In this document: in pieces, positions 56,539 through 64,000 of the stretch
Layout of the letters: each line of letters starts with the position of its first letter
How positions within the stretch are numbered: the stretch's first letter is position 1
Source: an uncultured Flavobacteriaceae bacterium
Lineage (GTDB): Bacteria; Bacteroidota; Bacteroidia; Flavobacteriales; Flavobacteriaceae
Assembly: GCA_963793275.1 (NCBI GenBank)
Contig: CAWBZL010000002.1
Coordinates: 101,590-165,589, forward strand
Reading direction: 5' to 3'
Length of the DNA stretch: 64,000 bases
Notes under the pieces: generated by a model
What the model saw: the letters and a program-made list of their open reading frames with translations, nothing else
The model's database searches: none
What the model was told of the DNA's origin: nothing
Position numbers and translations under genes: made by a program

Positions 56539-58899
56539 CTAATTAATTACTTCTGCGGTAATCGAATCTGCCACGATCACCTTTTTTTCTAATTCATCTA
56601 CCCCAAAACTACGTTTCACTACCACGGCATCTGTATTTACGAAGGGTTTTGGCATGGTGTTTTTTGGGCGTTTGTTAATAGTAAACTGCGGGTGTTTCAG
56701 TAAGTCGTACGAGTACTCCAAAACCTGAAAATTAAGGGGTGCGTTTTTTTCAACGGAAAGCGAAACCTCCAGAGAATCTTCGTTTGCTACAAAATAACGC
56801 AATAGCAAATTACTTTTTCTTTTATAAAATGCATTGTCTGTTGTGTCTTTTGAAACTGTTTTGCCATTAAAGGTCAGGGTCTCAAATTCTGTAGAAATAT
56901 TTGTGTACAATGCCAATTCGTGAATATCTCTTTTTGGGATAATAGTAAACGTCACATTCCGCATATTTTGAACTGTAGTGTCATTTTCAAGTCGGAGCTC
57001 GAAAGGGGTAATGTTTTGGGCGGGTGCTTTGGCCGCAAAGCTATACCCTGCGTTGTATTTGCTTCCTGCAACACTGGTAACATAATTGCTGGCTTGTTCG
57101 GGATTTTCGCCAAGATAGCCCCGGGTCCACGAATCTAATGTTTTATCATACGTAAGCCAGAAGTTCTGGTTTGTATCGGCATCCTTATAATAAATTAAAC
57201 TATTTGGTTTTTGTCGGGTTTCGGTAAAATCACTTTTTGCATTGGCAACAAAAAACAAGACAACGGCAAAAAGGAAGCTTCCCAATGCAATCATATTCTT
57301 CCAACGATAAAACCCAAAAACGGGAACTAACAGACCGAATAATAACACCACAAAGACACAACTTATCACCAACATTTTTAACCCTAATCCTACGGGAAAA
57401 AATTGAATGAGTGGCGCAAAAAACGAGAGGGCAGGAATGGCTAATAACGTAAGCAAAATAAGACTGGGCTTTTCCTGTTTCAGCAAAATGAAAAAAGACA
57501 GTAGCCCAAAGAACACAGGGATAATCCAATAGGCAGCCCCTTGTAAGATGATGGCAACAGCACTGTTTACAATCAGCCAAAGCGTGAGCGGTGCTACATA
57601 AAAACTAGCAACATCTCTCTTTGCGTTAAAACTTCGGTATATTTTAAACACGATGGCCGAGGAAAGCATAACAAAAAAGGCAATATACCAATGCCCGTTA
57701 TAGGTAAACCCGTGTTGGATTTCGGCGTATTGCGGATAGATACTTTGCAGCAATATCCAACCAAAATATCCAACAACACCACAAATAAGTATCGATAAAA
57801 ACAAAGCGCCAAATCCTTTTCCAACTGCTTTTCCTTTCAACTTGCGTTTTGAAATTCCATAAAAAAGTAGCGCTAAAAACACAACTATTGCCAGTATGAG
57901 CATTGGAATAATCCACGAAAAGGGGTAGGTAATCATTTTTACAAAAGGTGCATTCACGTATACATAATCTTCCTGCGCTTTAAGATTTCCTAAGTCTGCA
58001 TCGCCAAAATAATGTAGCAGCGGTAAAAGGTAGCTCCCCTGGTGTTGCAGGGTTTCTCTATCCAGATTTTCAAACGTATCGTTGGCGGTGTGGTAGTCGT
58101 AGTGGTCATCAATAAACGCAAAGAAAAAGCTGTCAATATCTCCATCTTCTCTAAAAATAGTAGAGTCGGTATCGTTGGGTAGCATTTTATAAATGCTGTA
58201 CATTAAGGAAGATGCCACGGGATAGTCCGGATTTGCAGCAACAAATGCTTTTACAAGGTTGGCATTCCCGCCATTGGTTTCCAGGATCATATTACTGGGA
58301 CCTCCGCTACCCCGTGCTTCAAAATTAAGGACCAGCCCGGCGTTTTTTGCAAGTTCGTGTTCGTTTACAAACAACTGTGCACCGTCCAGACCAATTTCTT
58401 CGGCATCGCTAAAGAGCACTATAATGTCGTTTTTAGGTTGTTTACCCGCCGCTTTGTAGGCACGCAGACTTTCCAGAATAGTTACTATACCACTACCGGC
58501 GTCACTTGCTCCAAAGCTGGGAACTTTGGCACTGTCGTAATGTGAAAGCAGAACAAGTGATTTGCCGCTTCCGGAACCTTTCCAAACGCCAATGATGTTT
58601 TTTGGACGATCGAGTCCTTTCCACGATTCATTAAGCACAAAACCTTCTTGGACTTCGGTTTGTAAGCCTAGTTCTTTAAGTTGTTGCACCAGATATTCCC
58701 GTACGCGGTTGTGTTCTTCGCTACCGTGGTAGTGTGGGGCTTTGGTGATCTCTTTTAGTGGAGTTAGGGCGCGTTGGCTGGAGAATTCAGTTTGTGGGGC
58801 GGTGGCCGGGTTGCCATCACGTGGCATTAAGCTGAAAAAGCTATACCAAATAAAGAACAATATTAGTAAAAAAGAGAGGATGCCAGCGAGGAATTTCAT
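56539..58899 (-). CDS. M28-family metallopeptidase fused to a polytopic membrane domain
   Basis: M28 motifs (SHYDS, DAEEIGLDG) followed by about 9 TM segments. Confidence 0.85.
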   Translation of the reverse strand: MKFLAGILSFLLILFFIWYSFFSLMPRDGNPATAPQTEFSSQRALTPLKEITKAPHYHGSEEHNRVREYLVQQLKELGLQTEVQEGFVLNESWKGLDRPKNIIGVWKGSGSGKSLVLLSHYDSAKVPSFGASDAGSGIVTILESLRAYKAAGKQPKNDIIVLFSDAEEIGLDGAQLFVNEHELAKNAGLVLNFEARGSGGPSNMILETNGGNANLVKAFVAANPDYPVASSLMYSIYKMLPNDTDSTIFREDGDIDSFFFAFIDDHYDYHTANDTFENLDRETLQHQGSYLLPLLHYFGDADLGNLKAQEDYVYVNAPFVKMITYPFSWIIPMLILAIVVFLALLFYGISKRKLKGKAVGKGFGALFLSILICGVVGYFGWILLQSIYPQYAEIQHGFTYNGHWYIAFFVMLSSAIVFKIYRSFNAKRDVASFYVAPLTLWLIVNSAVAIILQGAAYWIIPVFFGLLSFFILLKQEKPSLILLTLLAIPALSFFAPLIQFFPVGLGLKMLVISCVFVVLLFGLLVPVFGFYRWKNMIALGSFLFAVVLFFVANAKSDFTETRQKPNSLIYYKDADTNQNFWLTYDKTLDSWTRGYLGENPEQASNYVTSVAGSKYNAGYSFAAKAPAQNITPFELRLENDTTVQNMRNVTFTIIPKRDIHELALYTNISTEFETLTFNGKTVSKDTTDNAFYKRKSNLLLRYFVANEDSLEVSLSVEKNAPLNFQVLEYSYDLLKHPQFTINKRPKNTMPKPFVNTDAVVVKRSFGVDELEKKVIVADSITAEVIN

Positions 58900-59016
58900 A
58901 GGATCGGTTTTGGAAATTTAAAAGTACAATATTTCAGAATAATTAGGTCTCTTGAAGGCTCCTTAACAATTTTGAGTTAATTTTTTCCGTACCTTACCTC
59001 TTAAATTATTGAAATT

Positions 59017-59481
59017 ATGGCAATTAAAAGTTATAGAGGCAAACGCGCCAAGGAAACCAAAGGCTCTTCTGAAGACATTAAAGTGTCAGATTATATGAGT
59101 ACATCTTTAACTACGTTCAGACCCGAGCAATCTGTTCTGGAAGTAATGAATACGCTAATTAAGAAAAAAATTTCCGGTGGTCCTGTAGTGAACGAAAAAA
59201 ATGAGCTGGTGGGAATAATTTCGGAAGGCGATTGTATGAAACAAATAAGCAGCAGCCGGTATCATAACCACCCCATGCAGGATGCAACAGTAGGCGAATT
59301 CATGGTTAAGGAAGTAGAAACCATAGACGGTAATATGAACCTGTTTGATGCAGCCGACAAGTTTTTAAGTAACAAGAGACGTCGTTTTCCTATTGTAGAA
59401 GAAGGAAAATTGGTGGGACTTATAAGCCAGAAAGATGTGTTGAAAGCGGCATTGGAATTGAAAGGAAATACGTGGAAATAG
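59017..59481 (+). CDS. CBS-domain pair protein
   Basis: Two CBS repeats (GGPVVNEKNELVGIISEGD; RFPIVEEGKLVGLISQKD). Confidence 0.85.
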   Translation: MAIKSYRGKRAKETKGSSEDIKVSDYMSTSLTTFRPEQSVLEVMNTLIKKKISGGPVVNEKNELVGIISEGDCMKQISSSRYHNHPMQDATVGEFMVKEVETIDGNMNLFDAADKFLSNKRRRFPIVEEGKLVGLISQKDVLKAALELKGNTWK

Positions 59482-59507
59482 TACTTCAGTACGTCCCGAT
59501 TAAAAAA

Positions 59508-59864
59508 TCACAATACCATATCTGTTTTTACCAGAAGAAACCAGTCATTATCCAGAGGTAAATAGCCTTGATCGTACACATAATTATAGGTAGAACCTGT
59601 TTTGGTGACGTACTGGCTGGTGTAGAATTTAAAATTGAAACCGTGTTTAAGCAGGGTTTCTTTTTTTGTTTTGGTCTTATCATTCGTGTTAAGTGCTTCC
59701 AGAATTCGGTAGTTCTTCCGCAGGCGGTTGTTTACATTTCGCAGTAAATTTTTACCATCTTTATTAAGGGAATTATTATGCGCATTTCTACACGCATCGC
59801 TGCAATAACGCTTGTCTGCACGACCAATTAACTTATCCCCGCATTCTAAACACTTGCGCTCCAT
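59508..59864 (-). CDS. hypothetical protein with N-terminal zinc-ribbon-like CxxC...CxxxC
   Basis: MERKCLECGDKLIGRADKRYCSDACRNAHNN. Confidence 0.55.
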   Translation of the reverse strand: MERKCLECGDKLIGRADKRYCSDACRNAHNNSLNKDGKNLLRNVNNRLRKNYRILEALNTNDKTKTKKETLLKHGFNFKFYTSQYVTKTGSTYNYVYDQGYLPLDNDWFLLVKTDMVL

Positions 59865-60011
59865 TGTTTAAAGATAGTAACTTTATTTAAATTGGGTAGG
59901 ACAGGGTATAGAAGAAAGAATAAAGACCGTACCTGAGCGGGACTGAAAGATAAAAGAGTTTTAATATTGTAAAAAAGCGCCTTTCCCTTTGTGGGAGTAC
60001 GGGTGAGGGTG

Positions 60012-60938
60012 TTACTCTTCCCCGTCCAGAACCGGTGGAACGGGTGAATCTTCGGGAATATCGAACCTGTAAATAGCTTCAAACCGCACAAAAACTCCGC
60101 CGTTCAAGGTTGGGTTTAGTTGTGTTCTATCGTCTCCAAAACTAAATGCTGAAAGGCCTAAGTCTATTTTTGAACCTTCTTCATAAAGTTCATAATTATT
60201 ACTGGAATACCCCAGTTTTGCGCGTAACAAAACACTTTTCTCTAAGGCGTTAAACTGAAAGTAACTCGCAAACTCCAAAGAGCTTACATCTGCATACACT
60301 CCCGAATCGTTCTCGGTAATTCGGAAACTTCGGCCAATGCCAATGTAATCGAAACCTACTGTTGTTATTCCGAAGGTATAATTAATATCTGCCGCAATAG
60401 GAAGCGAGACGTCCATTTCAAATTTTGAATCGGGACTTAGATAATACCAGCCAATAATGGGAGTGGTAAAAAATCCGAAGGCTTCGGTAGAGCCATAGAA
60501 TCCGAAGCGGTATTTAAGGTGCTCATTTTTTTGATATTTCAGCAGGGCAACACCGCCAAAGTAAAAATCTTCACTCGTGCTATTTACATAATCTGAAGCT
60601 ATTTTGGGAAGAAAAACCAGGGTGCTGCTCCAGGTTTCATTATATGTGGAAGCCAAACCCAGCTTTACAATGGTACTATGCAGGCTTGTGGCTTCGGCAT
60701 CCGGGAACAATTGCAGGTTATTTCGGCTGTAGACGGCACCTGTAATGAAAGCGTGTTTTTTATTTAAGACAATGGGAACCGTAAGGTCTGCATCAAAAGA
60801 TTTTACAAAGGTGCTTTTGCCCGTTCCTTCAAAGTCGTTATTAAACGTCTGGCCGTACCCAATTTTTAAGAGATCTACATAGTTTTGGGCAATAATGGTA
60901 CACGGTAGCAGAAAAAGAAGCAGAAATAATTTCTTCAA
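60012..60938 (-). CDS. predicted outer-membrane beta-barrel protein
   Basis: Signal peptide and an alternating amphipathic strand pattern. Confidence 0.55.
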   Translation of the reverse strand: MKKLFLLLFLLPCTIIAQNYVDLLKIGYGQTFNNDFEGTGKSTFVKSFDADLTVPIVLNKKHAFITGAVYSRNNLQLFPDAEATSLHSTIVKLGLASTYNETWSSTLVFLPKIASDYVNSTSEDFYFGGVALLKYQKNEHLKYRFGFYGSTEAFGFFTTPIIGWYYLSPDSKFEMDVSLPIAADINYTFGITTVGFDYIGIGRSFRITENDSGVYADVSSLEFASYFQFNALEKSVLLRAKLGYSSNNYELYEEGSKIDLGLSAFSFGDDRTQLNPTLNGGVFVRFEAIYRFDIPEDSPVPPVLDGEE

Positions 60939-61063
60939 AATGAGGGATTGTTTGGTTAGAAGCTAAAGATAGAAAAAATAGTGAATTACGTGTTCATATA
61001 ATAAATTAGGAAGTATTTAAGTTACTAGTAAATAAAAGTATCTTTGTTCAAAATCTAATACAT

Positions 61064-61630
61064 ATGAAAAACCTAAAAACAATTTTAATCGCATTTATGG
61101 CAATGGCTACGTTGGTGGCCTGTAAAGGAGACGATGATAATGCTGAAGCAGCTTTTGTATTAACTAATGCAAATCTGGCTGGAGATTATGATTTATCTTT
61201 TTTAAGTGTAAATGCAGACATAACACAACTTATAGCCGGCGTGCCGGTTACTGCTGTAATTAATGGACAGGGAGATATTCTTCAAACTACTGCAAATTTC
61301 ACAAATAACGGAACATTTGTACTGGACGGGCTTTTTAGTATTGAGACAACGGTAACTGTGAATGGTGGAACTCCAACGGAGACACCAGTTATTGTGGATT
61401 TGGAAAATGAAACAGGAACTTACACGATAGGAGGAAATGCAGACACTATTGTATTTACTGGTATTGCAGATGTACAAGTAAATCCAACAGTTTCAATAGA
61501 CCTTTTCAACGGGGCTTGGGATGTTACTTTATTTAATGAAAATGAAATTCGTTTACAAAAAATGGAGAACACTACTATTGATGATGTGGATACCGTTGCC
61601 AATGTAGAGATTAGGTTTATGCGTCAATAA
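61064..61630 (+). CDS. hypothetical lipoprotein (lipocalin-like)
   Basis: Lipobox LVAC. Beta-rich. Confidence 0.55.
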   Translation: MKNLKTILIAFMAMATLVACKGDDDNAEAAFVLTNANLAGDYDLSFLSVNADITQLIAGVPVTAVINGQGDILQTTANFTNNGTFVLDGLFSIETTVTVNGGTPTETPVIVDLENETGTYTIGGNADTIVFTGIADVQVNPTVSIDLFNGAWDVTLFNENEIRLQKMENTTIDDVDTVANVEIRFMRQ

Positions 61631-61656
61631 AATTGATGCGATAAAATTTCTAGAGA

Positions 61657-61678
61657 CACTCAGACTTGAGTGGTTTTT
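61657..61678 (+). terminator. Rho-independent terminator
   Basis: CACTCA-gact-TGAGTG followed by GTTTTT. Confidence 0.55.
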
Positions 61679-61948
61679 ATTTGAAGTGATTTTAAAAATA
61701 GTGGGTTGGATTCCTTACTCCAAATTGGAAAACACAACACCTGTCCCCGAATACATTTTATCCGGATTTGAAAACATAGGTTTATTAACTTCCTAAACAA
61801 CTGCATTATTACATGGCAGTATAAGATAATTCTTTATGCTACGGTTGTAAATAGCTACTGTAGTAGTCATTCTGAGTAATACCATATTGTTTTTATTTTA
61901 ATAGTAGTTTCTTTTCTTGTTTATCTGAAAAGCATGTTGTCATAAAAA

Positions 61949-61984
61949 AACCTTCTTCTCCCAAAATTTCAGGAGAAGAAGGTT
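61949..61984. terminator. 13-bp perfect hairpin, potentially a bidirectional terminator
   Basis: AACCTTCTTCTCC (61949-61961) pairs with GGAGAAGAAGGTT (61972-61984). A7 lies upstream and a T-rich stretch downstream. Confidence 0.55.
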
Positions 61985-62221
61985 AGTTTTAACTAAAGTC
62001 CAATTATGAATTTACTCTTTAGTTCCGATAAGGGGACTATAATGTTATGTACTATAAATTATGAGGTAAAGTTTAACTTAGTGGGGAGACTTACATTTGT
62101 ATCCACTAAACCAAAAACCTGGAAAAAGATGTCCAAATAAATATTACAAATGGGGTTGTTTTGGATATGAAATACGGAATTTCTGGAATTTCAATCTTTG
62201 GAAATAAAATAAACCTAAAAT

Positions 62222-63226
62222 TTAATTTAGTTTCTCCGTAAGCTTTTTAATTTCAGATTTAGGATCTTTCCCTTCATATAAAATGCTGTAGACGGCATCT
62301 ATGATAGGTGTTTTTGCTTTCTTCTTCTTTTTAGCCTGATTGAGAGCGTAGGCACTCTTGGTAGCGTAATACCCTTCGGCAACCATGTTCATTTCCATCT
62401 GGGCGCTTTTTACCGTGTAGCCTTTGCCAATCATAGTTCCGAAGAGACGGTTTCGGCTAAAGGTAGAATATCCAGTTACCAACAGATCTCCCAGATAGGC
62501 AGATCCATTAATGTCCCGCTTCATTTTATGTACCTTTTTTACATAGCGCTTCATTTCGCGTATGGCATTACTCATTAAAACACTCTGGAAATTATCTCCG
62601 TAGCCAAGTCCGTGCGCTATTCCTGCGGCCAGGGCATAGATATTCTTTAACATTGCGGCATATTCGGCACCAATAACGTCGTCACTGGTGGTACATTTTA
62701 TATAATCGCAACATAATGCATTGGCTACTATTTCGGCTTTTTTAGTATCGGCACTTGCAATGGTAAGATAGGAAAGGCGTTCCAGAGCAACTTCTTCGGC
62801 GTGGCAGGGACCCGTAATTACACCAATATTTTTAAACGGAATATTATAGTGTGTATAAAAGTGATCGCCCACAATTAAGCTACTTTCAGGAACAATTCCT
62901 TTAATGGCAGAGAAAATAACTTTGTTTGTAAGCGGAACGGTGAGCTGTTGTAATTCGGTAAAAATAAATGCTGAAGGAATCACAAAAATAAGATAGTCTG
63001 CATAGGCTACCATTTCGTTAATGTCGTTGCTCAATTTCAGCTTTTTAGGGTCAAATTCAACCGAAGACAAATAGTTGGGGTTGTGCTGTTCCTTTTTTAT
63101 ATGTTCCAGCGCATATGCACTCCGCATATACCAACCCACTTCATCCAGATTTTCAACAAGCATTTTTACAATGGCCGTTGCCCAGCTTCCGCCACCAATT
63201 ACAGCAAATTTCGGTTGGTTATCCAT
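62222..63226 (-). CDS. gpsA: NAD(P)H-dependent glycerol-3-phosphate dehydrogenase
   Basis: N-terminal GGGSWATA and full-length GpsA pattern. Confidence 0.95.
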   Translation of the reverse strand: MDNQPKFAVIGGGSWATAIVKMLVENLDEVGWYMRSAYALEHIKKEQHNPNYLSSVEFDPKKLKLSNDINEMVAYADYLIFVIPSAFIFTELQQLTVPLTNKVIFSAIKGIVPESSLIVGDHFYTHYNIPFKNIGVITGPCHAEEVALERLSYLTIASADTKKAEIVANALCCDYIKCTTSDDVIGAEYAAMLKNIYALAAGIAHGLGYGDNFQSVLMSNAIREMKRYVKKVHKMKRDINGSAYLGDLLVTGYSTFSRNRLFGTMIGKGYTVKSAQMEMNMVAEGYYATKSAYALNQAKKKKKAKTPIIDAVYSILYEGKDPKSEIKKLTEKLN

Positions 63227-63366
63227 AAGGATTCAAAAATACAGAAATTAAAATTCAGTATAAAATATTGATTTTCAGAATAATAAATCTTTGGCACGTT
63301 TTTAGTCTTTCAATAAACAGCAATCACTTTCAGAATATATTCTTCTGAAACACAAAATGAACGATT

Positions 63367-64000
63367 ATGAAGGCATTAAAATTAATTTTCGGTTTTGCCC
63401 TTTTGGCAACAGTAGTTACTTCTTGTTATGTTGAAGAAACGGTAGTGGTTGCAGATCCTTACGTAGATCCTGTTCCGTCCATTACCCTGAATCAATTATT
63501 GAATACGTATGAGTTGTGGTATGTAGATATAAATCGCTCTAATGCTTCGGGACAAATTCCTTTTATGCAGTTAGCATTTACGCTTTCCTTTAGAAACGGG
63601 GATGTACTGGCAAACAATAATCTGGTTGGAATTGGCGACCAGGGCTACGGTTTTGGAATAGACGTTGGTTATTATAATGCATACGATTTTGTGCTGGATA
63701 TACATCACGATCTGGATGGCTATGTAACTTTCGACGTTACGCAACTAAGCGATACCGAAATTGAATTGTACAATCCGGGAACGGGACTACGCTATATTTT
63801 AGTAGGTTACCAGCGCAGTACTTTCGATTACGATTTGTTGTTCTATGAAAATATTCACTATTTCCTGCAAGAATATACGGCGTGGGAAAAAGCAGCTACA
63901 AATGGTGGTGCACCAAACGAATTTGACTATGAGCATTTCCTTCAGTTTTTACCAGGGGGTGGTGATGGCAATTTCCAAAGCTCACAGGATGTTGTAGGAA
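63367..64000 (+). CDS. hypothetical lipoprotein, 5' partial (runs off the window)
   Basis: ATG at 63367, lipobox VVTSC, and a frame open to base 64000. Absent from the ORF track, which seems to require a stop codon. Confidence 0.6.
   Translation, partial: MKALKLIFGFALLATVVTSCYVEETVVVADPYVDPVPSITLNQLLNTYELWYVDINRSNASGQIPFMQLAFTLSFRNGDVLANNNLVGIGDQGYGFGIDVGYYNAYDFVLDIHHDLDGYVTFDVTQLSDTEIELYNPGTGLRYILVGYQRSTFDYDLLFYENIHYFLQEYTAWEKAATNGGAPNEFDYEHFLQFLPGGGDGNFQSSQDVVG

Noticed and set aside
1-64000. Looked for CRISPR arrays, transposases or integrases, rRNA genes, prophage structural genes and classical defence systems.
   Set aside because: None were seen. The only tandem repeats are the 10-bp array at 25505 and short repeats in the tRNA region. 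No recombinase-like ORF is present.

Overview
This is a 64-kb chromosomal window from an AT-rich Bacteroidota genome, probably a Flavobacteriaceae member. Supporting signs are a T9SS C-terminal sorting domain, an IPExxxVDY protein between pyk and rnc, TAnnTTTG-type promoter boxes and many lipoproteins. Most of the window is housekeeping: a DtxR/MntR-controlled metal ABC uptake operon, dinB, pyk-rnc-fabF-acpP, purN, serS, recQ, ssb, tex, metG, fbp, aspartate kinase, gpsA and peptidases. There is also a known four-gene ligase-associated DNA damage response cluster (exonuclease, ATP-dependent ligase, lhr, pdeM). No CRISPR array, transposase, integrase or rRNA was found. Two regions stand out. (1) 29805-31448 is a 1.64-kb ORF-free stretch. 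It holds a same-strand array of about ten tRNA-sized units, of which only five fold into standard cloverleaves (Tyr, Asp, Lys, Gln, Phe). The other units are aberrant: acceptor strands that do not pair, a 96-nt unit with an inserted hairpin, an orphan T arm, and acceptor strands that pair with the neighbouring unit. This array is followed by a roughly 200-360 nt element with long nested helices and a compact four-way junction, which I propose as a candidate large structured RNA. (2) 44654-49001 is a six-gene operon with two Ras-like small GTPases. Each GTPase is followed by a protein carrying the same novel N-terminal domain. One of these is a hybrid histidine kinase with a receiver that lacks the phospho-acceptor Asp. 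The operon also encodes a Roadblock/LC7-like protein and a coiled-coil protein. Three genes carry single-base frameshifts (dinB tail at an A8 run, an HTTM-domain gene, a GIY-YIG gene). These are either real decay or homopolymer sequencing errors. All folds and homology calls were made by eye from the sequence and the ORF track, and no searches were run.
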